Source: Perkinsus chesapeaki ATCC PRA-425
Lineage: Eukaryota; Protista; Perkinsozoa
Direction: 5' to 3'
Assembly (NCBI GenBank): GCA_013115145.1
Contig: JAAPAO010000121.1
Location: 1 to 64,000 of the forward strand
DNA length: 64,000 bases
A model generated the notes under the pieces. The model did not search any database. It was not told the origin of the DNA and saw only the letters and a list, made by a program, of their open reading frames with translations. Positions 12,591 to 22,437 of the stretch are shown here, in pieces. The translations under genes were made by a program, and so were the position numbers. Every line of letters begins with the position of its first letter. Within the stretch, counting starts at the first letter, position 1.

Positions 12591-13054
12591 TAGATCCCTC
12601 GCTGAAGTTGTTTATTAGTATCGCAGCTGAAGTACGAACTTGCCGTCTCTGCACTCCACGTTTAATGTCCGTGTCAGGTCATCACTGTAGTCGCCGTATC
12701 GATACAAGGCCTATTAGTCTTAACAAATGGGTGACTAGCAGCAGCCCTCGATGACGCCGCTGCTACTGCCTCCTTGCCGTATTCCCCATCACCACTGTTA
12801 TGATGTGGGGTACTATCAGTACAGTATCGTCACCGTCATCCTGCATCATTATTATTAAGTGCATGTCTATCTGGTGCGTGCTGATCGTTAGACGACGACG
12901 TCCCCTAGTAATCTCCTTCTTCTGAGGAAGGAGCGGTATGTTAATCGTACACAAGTACAGCAAAGCATGAAACATGTTTAAGCATATTCCCTCTGACTTG
13001 TGTTCGAGTCAATTCCCGTCAATCCTACCGCCCGCAGTACCTGCTTGCCTCACC

Positions 13055-14434
13055 ATGCATCGCGGAGCCTTCCACGACCGTTTCGGTGACACCAGCTGCA
13101 TCGTCCTTGTGGTCATCCACTGCAGGAGCACCGAGCAAGCTGCTGAGCAGGCAAAGATAGCCCTGGCCTCCGGTGTGCACGGTATCCTGCTCATCAACCA
13201 AATTGAAGGCCCTGAAGGGTCCGTGTCGACCCTGCCACTTGAGTCTGATTTTATCCCAATCATACTGGCCGTTCGCAAGGCCGTTGGTGACAAGCCCTTC
13301 CTTGGTATCAACTGCCTCGCCGTTACCGCTGATAAAGCCCTTCCCATCCTGGCTGAGCTACTGCCCGACTGCAAGATCGATGCCTACTGGGCTGATGACG
13401 CCAGAATCGACGAGAGACAGCCTTCCCATGCCCAACGTGAAGCTTATAATATCTCTGAAGTCTGGTCACGGTTCCCACAGTTCGGTCTCTACTTCGGTGG
13501 TGTTGCCTTTAAAAAGCAGCGTGAAGTGGCCGCGGATGACTGGGCTCGAGCAGCCTGGTTGGCGGCCCCCTTCATGGACGTCATCACTACCTCTGGCGTG
13601 GCTACTGGTGTTGCTGCAGAGGTGGAAAAACTTATAAGGTTTCGTCGATCGGCCGGAAACAGCGCCATTGCTGTCGGGTCCGGTGTCACTCCAGACAACG
13701 TCGACAGTTATCTGCCATTTGTGGACTGTCTCATTGTGGCTACAGGAGTGTCAAAGTCATTCCACCAGCTCGACGTGGAGAAGCTTAATAGTCTCATGGT
13801 GAAGTGCCGACGCTATCCTTGGTATGCTAGTCTAATGCAACCCCGTACGCGACGGCCACCCTCCGAGTTCGCCTGGCTGGACCCCTCGGCAATATACGGC
13901 GACAAGCACGGTTGGTCGGCCCTGCTGGGTGATCTGCGCAGCAGGATACAAAATGAGGTCGGTGAGCACCGCGTGGCTGCCATCGCGGGAATTGATGCAA
14001 CTGGCTTCGTCACTGGCGGGGCCCTCAGTGCCCTCCTGGGCGTCCCCTTCATAATAATGCGGAAGGCGGACAAGCTTTGTGTTGAAACTGTTGGCATTGA
14101 TTACACTGACTACTCCGGCAAGCAGAAGACCTTGGAAATCCGTACGCCTTTGATGGTCGCTACTGATGACGACAGGGACGGTGTCGTTGTGGTGGACCAG
14201 TGGATAGAGACAGGTCACACAATGCGCGCTGCTGTCGAACTACTCAAGACCGTCGGTCTTCGGGTTATATCTACCGTCACTGTGGCGGCCGAATCACAGG
14301 GTCGGCCGCTGGTGGAAGTAGCTCTGCTCGAGGGCAAGGTCATCACAGCGCTGAATGGTCCTGTTATCCAGAAGGAGATCGATGCTCACTTCGTGGAAAG
14401 TTTCAAAGGCCATGCCGGCTTTAAAGATCGATAA
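13055..14434 (+). CDS. Fusion of a BtpA/SgcQ-like TIM-barrel domain to an APRT-like type I phosphoribosyltransferase
   Basis: N-half motifs FGGVAFKKQR, DVITTSGVATG and GSGVTPDNV...VDCLIVATGVS. C-half motifs FAWLDPSAIY, IAGIDATGF, PFIIMRK and a variant PRPP loop VVVVDQWIETGHT. One continuous ORF. Confidence 0.8.
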   Translation: MHRGAFHDRFGDTSCIVLVVIHCRSTEQAAEQAKIALASGVHGILLINQIEGPEGSVSTLPLESDFIPIILAVRKAVGDKPFLGINCLAVTADKALPILAELLPDCKIDAYWADDARIDERQPSHAQREAYNISEVWSRFPQFGLYFGGVAFKKQREVAADDWARAAWLAAPFMDVITTSGVATGVAAEVEKLIRFRRSAGNSAIAVGSGVTPDNVDSYLPFVDCLIVATGVSKSFHQLDVEKLNSLMVKCRRYPWYASLMQPRTRRPPSEFAWLDPSAIYGDKHGWSALLGDLRSRIQNEVGEHRVAAIAGIDATGFVTGGALSALLGVPFIIMRKADKLCVETVGIDYTDYSGKQKTLEIRTPLMVATDDDRDGVVVVDQWIETGHTMRAAVELLKTVGLRVISTVTVAAESQGRPLVEVALLEGKVITALNGPVIQKEIDAHFVESFKGHAGFKDR

Positions 14435-14579
14435 CGGCGGTGTTTGCTTGACGTTCGAGGAGCGGCATCAAATCTTAGTAGCGTGATTCTTACTTGTTAC
14501 CTTCTGAACTTTACATAATTTTTTTCTTTGCTGACGCTGTCTAGTATGAGTGCAAAAATAAAACCTGTTGGCAGTCAAC

Positions 14580-15250
14580 ATGCCGTCAACAGCGACTGCT
14601 GCTGCGAAAGAGAAAGTTGTCGAAGGGGAACTGCCACCTTCGGGAGCTCTGTCGGCCAGGTACTGGTCAAAGTACAGGCATTCTAGAAACTCTCGGAAGC
14701 CTTGCAAGATCAACGTAATTCCGCCACTGCACAATCGGGCTCGGTTTTGGCACCTTTCGACAGATCAAGACTGACGATCCCCCGGCTGACCATAAAGGTC
14801 TGAAGGCTTTTGCGTACCGGGAAAATGAAGCAAGGTAGCCCTTGTAGGTCGCGTGTGCCGTGAAGCTTGTTGTGACATAGGAACCTTGGCAAGCCCGAGT
14901 ACACCGTAGTAGAGGGTGTTACGTCGGTACAAGTATTCTCAAAGATACCCAACTTCACGGACTTCACCGCGGAGCTGGTGCAAATCCAACCGGTGCGTCA
15001 TCATTGACTGCATCAGACTCCAGGTCCTCTGCTCATTTACTCTTAGGGATTCTCGGTGCCGACAGAGCGGTACGCTTTGGGCGACATTTTCGTGATTGTC
15101 CTCGACTGTGCGGATGGAGAGCTCGAGTGTCTGATGGGGAAGGACACCAAGTCGGTGGATGGGGAGCTGGATGATGGAGCTACCGTTCTCTGGCAGAATC
15201 CCCTGCAGTCGGCATGCAATGTTGGTCATTCCGCAAGGCATCCGATATAG
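14580..15250 (+). CDS. Hypothetical multi-exon protein
   Basis: ATG 14580 (MPSTATAAAKEK). Coding-like segments (NLGKPEYTVVEGVTSVQVFSKIPNF; ERYALGDIFVIVLDCADGELEC) are separated by GT-AG introns. No family recognised. Confidence 0.4.
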
Positions 15251-15795
15251 CTTCTATAATGGATCAAGAGAAGTAGATGCCATGCTGAAAGTGAGGCGGT
15301 ATTGAGGGCGCACTAATATCGCTCTGTGCTCCTGCTGGATCGAAGTGGCCAGAATACCGACTGGGGAAGTTGCAGTCTGATAGAACTCTGACTGCCTTTG
15401 GATTCTCCGTCGCTGAGAGATGTCAAGGTTTGGTTTGAGGACTAGCACGCGCATTATCACTCTTAAGAGTTTCTGTGCGAGGCCGTAGGTGTGGTGAAAA
15501 TATTCGCCTTGCTGAAAAGGTTACTCAAAAACACCTTTTCCCTGTGACAGCCTGCAGTCGGTAACGTATTGTTCATACTCGACTCTTGTTGATCAGATAC
15601 TAAAGGCAACCCCTTGTCAAGCATGATAGCTCAACTTAATATCTGTACTCTGTATCCTACTACTACTGCTGGCTCTCCTCATAATAATATTATAATTGCA
15701 TGGACCGTCTCAAGCCGACAGAGTTTAGTTATATATCGAACTCCAAGCCAACTCGGAACCTACCAAGTGTGTCGCAGCCCTAGCTGTTCACCAAA

Positions 15796-17541
15796 ATGGT
15801 GCGGTCTTCTTCGGACCCAATAGAGCAGCAAGCCAATCGCGAAGGCGCTGTAACGACTGAGAGTCCGCCGTTCGACTATATCGTACCGGCATTGATGGTG
15901 TCTGTGGTCGTGCTTGGAGCGTTCAATAATCTCCTAGGTCGAATGAGAGCTGTAAGCGTCGACATCCGGCCACTGTATCAACCTTTCAACCTTACGCAGG
16001 TGCCGTTGGGCCAGTATGATTTCTTCACAGCTGTGCTCAATGCAATTATCTACGTCATAGTCTGGAGCAGTGTAAGTCTTCCAGCCGCCCATCTCATATG
16101 CAGGTCGGCATTGCCGTTATCTATTCGGCTCCGCGAGTTCATAGGTTTACGATCCACTTGCAACTAATGTCTACAGCACGTTTAGCGGAGCCTAGTGGGG
16201 ATGGCTTCTCCTTGGGCAGGTCTTCCTCTCCCGCCGATATGCTCTAAAAGTTGTCCCTAAGGAGCAAGCAGCCTTCGTATGGTCGGCCAGAGGGAAGTGG
16301 CTCATCCTCATGTTTGGTGGCCTTGGCGACGGTGACCTTCCAGTTCCTCTATGATAATATCATGTTCGTATTTCAGCCATCGGCGGCCTTCTCGGCTTCA
16401 TAGGCCAGCCCTACGTCAGTGGTGTGATGTACTCTTTAATGAACCAAGCTATCGTAACCGCCTCACTCCGCAGTGCTGCTGCTGCGTAGCATCTCCTCTC
16501 AGGTCCCATTCACCGTTATCTTCTCCCTGGTTATTCTTGGCACCCGATACATCAGCCTCGAACTTATAGGCGTTGTTGTTGTAGCCACGTATGCTTGTCT
16601 GACACAGGCCGAGTTTTCCTGTTGAGGTTCTTTTGGCGGTCTGCATATCGATGCATAACTTTTCGGCGTCTCATTCGGATCCTTTCATGGCAGCTCTGAT
16701 CGCCCTCAGCACCTCGGGAAATGCCCTATCCTTTGTAACTTCCTTGTCAAAGTCTTTCCCACGCTATAAGCCAGGTTCTCAAGGAGAAGGTCTTTCGGGA
16801 CTTCATCGCCAAACAGACCACAGCGATCGAGGAGCCGCTACTTGTAGAGCAAAGGTAAGCAACATATGCTATGTTGAGTTTATCTTACTTATCTCTCATC
16901 AGGCCAGGAGCTATTCCCCGTAAGCTTGACATCTTCGTTGTCAACTGCTGTGTATCAGTCTTCCAAGTTGTCTGGCTGTTGCCTGTAAGGAGTGTTTGTA
17001 TCCCGCCATACCGCACTTTCGAATTTCAGTTGCTCGCGATCGGTCCCGCCATCGGCAAGACCCACGGCTTGGGTCTGTTCGAGTATCTACAGGAGGCAGG
17101 TAGCTGCTTTATCGAGGGATGCCCAAATGCCTGGCAATTGTGAGAACTACTTGGCGATTCTTACTGACCATCAATTCGTCAGATACACGGCGTACATCTC
17201 GCTAAATCTCCTCTACAACGTGGCTCTCCTGTTTCTTGTCCAGAGGGGCTCTGCGCTGCTGGCCTTTGTTAGTCTCAAAGCAGTCACCCCTGCCTCGGCC
17301 GTTTTGTTCTCTATCAAGTACGTACACAACCCCGATTTAAGTGGGATTTCCACGAAGAGAACTCAGTCCGGTTTTTATGACTTCCGCTTTCAGTTGGCCT
17401 ATACTCGGTCCATCAACTGTGAGCTGGTTGGACTGGGCAGAAGTCGGCCTCGTAACCATCGGCATAGTAGCATTTCGAGCCGGCAACATCAGAAAGGAGC
17501 AGTACATTAAATCTGGCCAGAGGAAGATCTGTCTTGCTTAA
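15796..17541 (+). CDS. CRT-like (chloroquine resistance transporter-like, DMT superfamily) membrane transporter, multi-exon
   Basis: Hydrophobic exons VVVLGAFNNLLGR, LGQYDFFTAVLNAIIYVIVW, FVVNCCVSVFQVVWLLP, GSCFIEG and YISLNLLYNVALLFLVQRGSALLAFVSLKAVTPASAVLF match the CRT/CLT pattern as I recall it. Confidence 0.75.
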
Positions 17542-18086
17542 GTTGTTCAACTCCGATTCTCATCATACTTATTCAATTCTGTCAGAAACCATCATCGATT
17601 TTTTCAAGTACTCACAATTAGTTCCTGTTGCGTGCATATAAATGAGACCATCATCTCCCTGCACCACAGTCTACTCTCGGAGGTCACAACCACACAGTGG
17701 TTGATGTCAATCAATAAGCATGACATCTGTTTTCGAATCGTGGATGAGAGCTCGGCGATTCCAGCTCTTTAATTAAAAGAGTGAACCAGCACCCGGGTGA
17801 ATATTCACCAAGTTCGGGTATCTCTTCGGTGACATGATACTCCGCTCGATGGATGATCATAAGAGCGCGATGTTAGACTAACTAGCAATAACGCAACACA
17901 TGCAAAGTATAAGGCCAAGAGGAAAAGTGGCCACCAGCAAAAGCATACCGTACTGTTTCATGAAAAGTTTTCCTATAAAGGTTATACTCTGATTACAAAT
18001 AAATGCAACAGCACTTTGTGTGAGCAAAGGTGTGGTTCCGTCGAGTATCGGATGGGCACCGCTCCGCGCATCAAGTGCTATCAATA

Positions 18087-19118
18087 CTACTCGAGCACCG
18101 TAGTTCTCCTTGATAATATTTTCTTCACGGCCTCTTCAGCATTGATGCGTCCGAAAGGGAAATGTTTCTGTCCACTCTTGTCGGTAATTCCCATCGTGGC
18201 GGTTCCCTTGAGTATGTTCTTGGCATCACCAGGAGTTAGACCAGGATTAAGACTGTAGAGCATCGCAGCCACACCAGCAGTTATGGCGGCAGCTGAGGAA
18301 GTGCAGGCCACATGATCAAATTCTCCTCCATTCAACGTAGTTACAATATTCTCCCCGGATGCGGCAACGTCCACGTAGTCTGCATAGTTAGACTCGTAAT
18401 CGAGCTGCATGTTTGACGTGCCTGTCGCAGCGACGCAGAGCAGGCCGTGAATATTGTCACTGAGGGCACATGGGTAACGCTTGTCGACGCTGATGTCCTT
18501 GCCCTGATTCCCAGAGCTGGCGATAACCAGCAAACCGGCTGCGTCCGCCTCCTTGAGTCTATCAATGAGATGCACAGGACATGAGTCGGCTGAACCTGCC
18601 ATCAATATGATCTTTATGTTATCCTTCTCGTGATTTTTAACAACATAGTCAACAGCATCGATCAATGCCATGAAGGTGGGCGATTTACCCCTGGAGATGG
18701 GCATGATATTGACAAGATCCATCACACCTGCTAGGCCAAATCTATTATTGATAGTAGCGCCCAAGATGCCAGCCATTTGCGTCCCGTGCCCGGTTTGGTC
18801 ATGAGTGTCAGTGCTACGGTCGACTACATTATAGCCTTTCACAACATTAGAGACCAGGTCAGGGTGCTTGGAGTCGACTCCACTGTCGATGAGAGCCACA
18901 GTAACTCTTTCCCGCTTATTTTCAGTGGACCATAGAAGACTCCATGCATTTGGTACTCTGATAGCCTGTAAGTATCCTAGCTGGTACTTATACAGTGGGT
19001 CATTAACGATGGGGTTGCCAGCGAAGACGATGGGTTCTGATGTATTCTTGAGGCCCCCTACCAATAATAGTAAGCTGCCGAGTGAGAGGGAGTGATGTAA
19101 CATGTTCCACTGAGACAT
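18087..19118 (-). CDS. Subtilisin (S8) serine protease, signal peptide followed directly by the catalytic domain
   Basis: Asp motif VALIDSG, His motif GHGTQMAG, oxyanion SSGN, Ser motif ACTSSAAA and C-terminal FGRINAEEAV. Confidence 0.92.
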   Translation of the reverse strand: MSQWNMLHHSLSLGSLLLLVGGLKNTSEPIVFAGNPIVNDPLYKYQLGYLQAIRVPNAWSLLWSTENKRERVTVALIDSGVDSKHPDLVSNVVKGYNVVDRSTDTHDQTGHGTQMAGILGATINNRFGLAGVMDLVNIMPISRGKSPTFMALIDAVDYVVKNHEKDNIKIILMAGSADSCPVHLIDRLKEADAAGLLVIASSGNQGKDISVDKRYPCALSDNIHGLLCVAATGTSNMQLDYESNYADYVDVAASGENIVTTLNGGEFDHVACTSSAAAITAGVAAMLYSLNPGLTPGDAKNILKGTATMGITDKSGQKHFPFGRINAEEAVKKILSRRTTVLE

Positions 19119-19353
19119 GCTCCTAGTGCGAACTAGGATCGTGAGCCCCCGGTGCTCTCTCGGTCACGCACGCCTACACAAGGTGCCGGTCACGCTTTTG
19201 TCGACGAAAGAAGTCCCGGCAATAGATGGGTATGAAACGGTTGATCGATTTAGTGTCATGTTTTCGATTCTCGTTCTAGTACTCGTGTTTTGAATTTCGT
19301 TCGATAATACTCCATGTTGAGTGAGAAATCGAAAGAATAGGAAATATTCTATT

Positions 19354-20600
19354 TCATTGCGTCGGGCCGTATTCATAACACGGAGAGCTGTAAGCTTCTC
19401 TCCGCCACTCTTGATCTTGACCTGGCTGCAGTGGCCGTGAATATGATGGATTTGTCACAAAAACCCTCCAGGACTGTAACTCAGCAACAGTTACTTTAAA
19501 GATTGATAAATTGCTTAGCCGGGGCTTCCGACTCACGTGACATGATATAACAACGAGTGCGTAAAGCAGTGCGATGATTTCGCATAAATGTTTTGCCGAA
19601 AACGGTCTCGGCTGTCTGCCCAGGGACGAACCTGACGAACGTCTACACATAAGTCGGCTCTCAGCATACCCCATGTATCTCGGAATCGCTCTGCCGTAAA
19701 TGCTTTGTGCAACTGCCGAGTTCCGGAGAGCCCTGAGAAAGTTACTCCATGGCAGGCTATGCTTCATTGACTCACTCTCGTCTATCTCCCATACATTCTG
19801 CAGCGTCCCGTGAACGAGCCACATGAGATTCGGCTTTGAACTGAGGAACGAGCTTTAACTGACATTGTTTGGTTAATAACCCACTCCGGGCACAGCGCCG
19901 GTATACCCCGGCACGCCAGGGACAGAGAAGGACCGCTGTAAAGCTGGTGGGACCTGATAGGAAATACTCTTTTGAGTGTAGATATTCCTCACGGCGTGGT
20001 CCTTATGCAAATTCGTGCCACTGTGTAACCCGAGTTGCTGAGCTGTGAGACGAGCATTCCCATAATTGGTGCTATGTCTCAAATCGGTACCTGAAATGAC
20101 TGCCTTTGGATGTAGTCTACCTGTCGGTTACCTCTGACAATTTCGCAGAGGCCTTTCTTTCCCTGTACAGCCTCGTGCACAGAGCTGGCGCTTTCTGAGA
20201 GCACAAAGCCCTTTTGCATGCAAATAATTCCAGCGACATTTGTCATGGTGGCAGTGTACTTGCCAGAACTGTTAGAGATGGTTAGACTGGGTCGTTGTGT
20301 AGACGGAAATCGAGTCAGGACTATGCGTTGTCTGTTCCTCGTGGAGTTCTACCGCATGATCACCTGCGTAGGCTGGCTTTCCCGCCTTCGCCGTCACTTC
20401 ATAGTAATCCCGCTGGTCTGATGCAGTGTTATTAGCTTCGGCAAATCGGGCGCCAAACACCTTGTTAATAATAACCAATACGGGATATCATGGATTCGGT
20501 ACAGTCTCTGATGTCTTGGCCGGTATATACCCCCGATATCCAGGGAGCGCCGTCCGTGTGTACTGCCCGACCGGAGCCGCCTCATCCCGAGGCACCTGTT
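19354..20600 (-). CDS. Multi-exon protein with three PGYxGYxP-like repeats (FAM166/CIMIP2-like)
   Basis: LPGYRGYIPAKTSET|VFGARFAEAN (~20440-20550), VPGYTGAVPG (~19885-19915) and IPRYMGY (~19665-19690), with GT-AG junctions. Gene ends are uncertain. Confidence 0.5.
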
Positions 20601-20829
20601 GGAGGCTGGCACACCTATCTTGACGTTTGGTAATACAGCTTTTATGTGACGACAATCTTCGACACGCCAGAGAGATGGATGAGAGGCTTCACCGCTGGAT
20701 GGGGAGCCTATCACGAGGAGCTGTTAATCATGTTGATGGGGGGTGGCATACAGTTCGCGTTGGCTATAAAGGAAGAGGGTTTCCAAGTACCATCGAAGCA
20801 ATAACTGTGAGTGTAGCCTGAAAGTGACA

Positions 20830-21100
20830 TAAAGTATCCCAAAAAATGAGCTTTTTTGAAAAACTTTTTCAGAAAGGCGAATATTTTGGCGACACGTGCG
20901 GCACTCGAAAGCTCTTACGAGTGTCTTTCTAATGGTGTGAGACCCAGGATGTTATTCAAAAAACCACATTATGGGGGCACCCTATAGTTGGACATCAATA
21001 GATGTACAACAGCAAAAATGTGCTTTTTTGAATAACTTTTCCAGCAAGATGAGTATTCCCCTCTATCAAGAGCTTCCAGAAAATTCGGAAAACGCCTTTT
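20830..21100. mobile_element. Short dispersed MITE-like repeat, copy A
   Basis: Core ggcgaatattttggcgacacgtgcggc...ctttctaatgg is homologous to 54958-55020 and is flanked by imperfect inverted arms (tttttgaaaaac / gttattcaaaaaa...ggggcaccct). Confidence 0.5.
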
Positions 21101-22437
21101 GTCGATCACCATGTAGCTTATGTTTCGTGGGATGCATCTTGTATATATTAAGGTACTTGAAATATGTTAGCACTATCAATTTAATACTGTCAATAACAGT
21201 TATTTAATATTGTTAAATTCTTGTCATTATCACTTAGTGCCGTCCAGTAAGCTGGAACGTACTGTATATAACGTGGCAACGTTGAAGGTCTGATGTATCG
21301 CTATGCATGAATGTTACCTGATCTTCTGACCTTACAGTCAACCTCGTCGCGGTATCCAGCTGCTGAGACAGTAGCCGACATAATTCCGGGAGCGGGTCCG
21401 ATTTCAACTATTATTCAACTACGGGCTCGCAAGGCGTGCCTTCCTTGTTGCCGTATCGACTTTCTGGGCGAGCGCCTCATATGACAACTTGCGCGCACGC
21501 CTTTGTGATCGACTATCGGCTCCGTTTGCTAACGTGAGTCAAGACCCTTCCGATATGTTAACTTGACTCTTCCACCTCCAGGCGCTTACCCAAAAAGAAT
21601 CATGATTGAGGTGTGTTTTCTGAATTAGTTTGGCAACTTTTCCATGCCGGCTTCGCAGTTCTCATTGAGAACTTCTCAGTGCCCAGTAAGTGTTATACGC
21701 TGGAGCTGAGGTGGCATATTGAGGAGTACATAATAACAAAAAACGCTGAGTCACCAATTGGCCAGACAGGAACGTGATATTATCAATTTGGAGGACTGCA
21801 CACTGTAAAAGGCAGCTCACAGTAAATGGAAAACATTCAGCCACGTATCTCGATTACATAGCGAGAGCAATATTCAGAACAATGATTACTCACTAAGGAC
21901 GTGTCACGCACACGACACATCGTGCGTTACGAAAGCGCCGCTCACTTACCGTCGGAACATGTTGCAAGCTTTATTATAAAGTGATACGGCTTTGAAAAGG
22001 CCTCACTTAGTGAATGGTTGTTGAAGACGTCACCTGCCGCTGCCAATCTGCGGGTTGCCCTTCTGAGTCGTTGATAAGCGAAGGCTCTTTTGTTGAGCTG
22101 CTCAATCTTGGCCAAGTGAAACTGCCAGCTTCACTGACTCTGAATACTCTACTAGCATCGAGACTTTGGTTCTATACTGCATTAAATTGATACCAGTGTG
22201 TCACTGAATTTCTGAACCGCCATTCAGCAATCCTGATAGTACTTATCTCCATGAATGATGCATTTGAGTGCCAGGATAACAGCCTAATCATTGCATTTGG
22301 TGGCGTAGAGAAAGCTGTTACGTTGAGTAGCCTGTGCCACTCAAAATAGGCAGAGATTGTCTGTTTCTTTCTGTATTAGTGGCTAGGAGATTTCGGGAAC
22401 AAACCGCCAAGTAGAGTGGTGTACATCCTTCCTCGTG

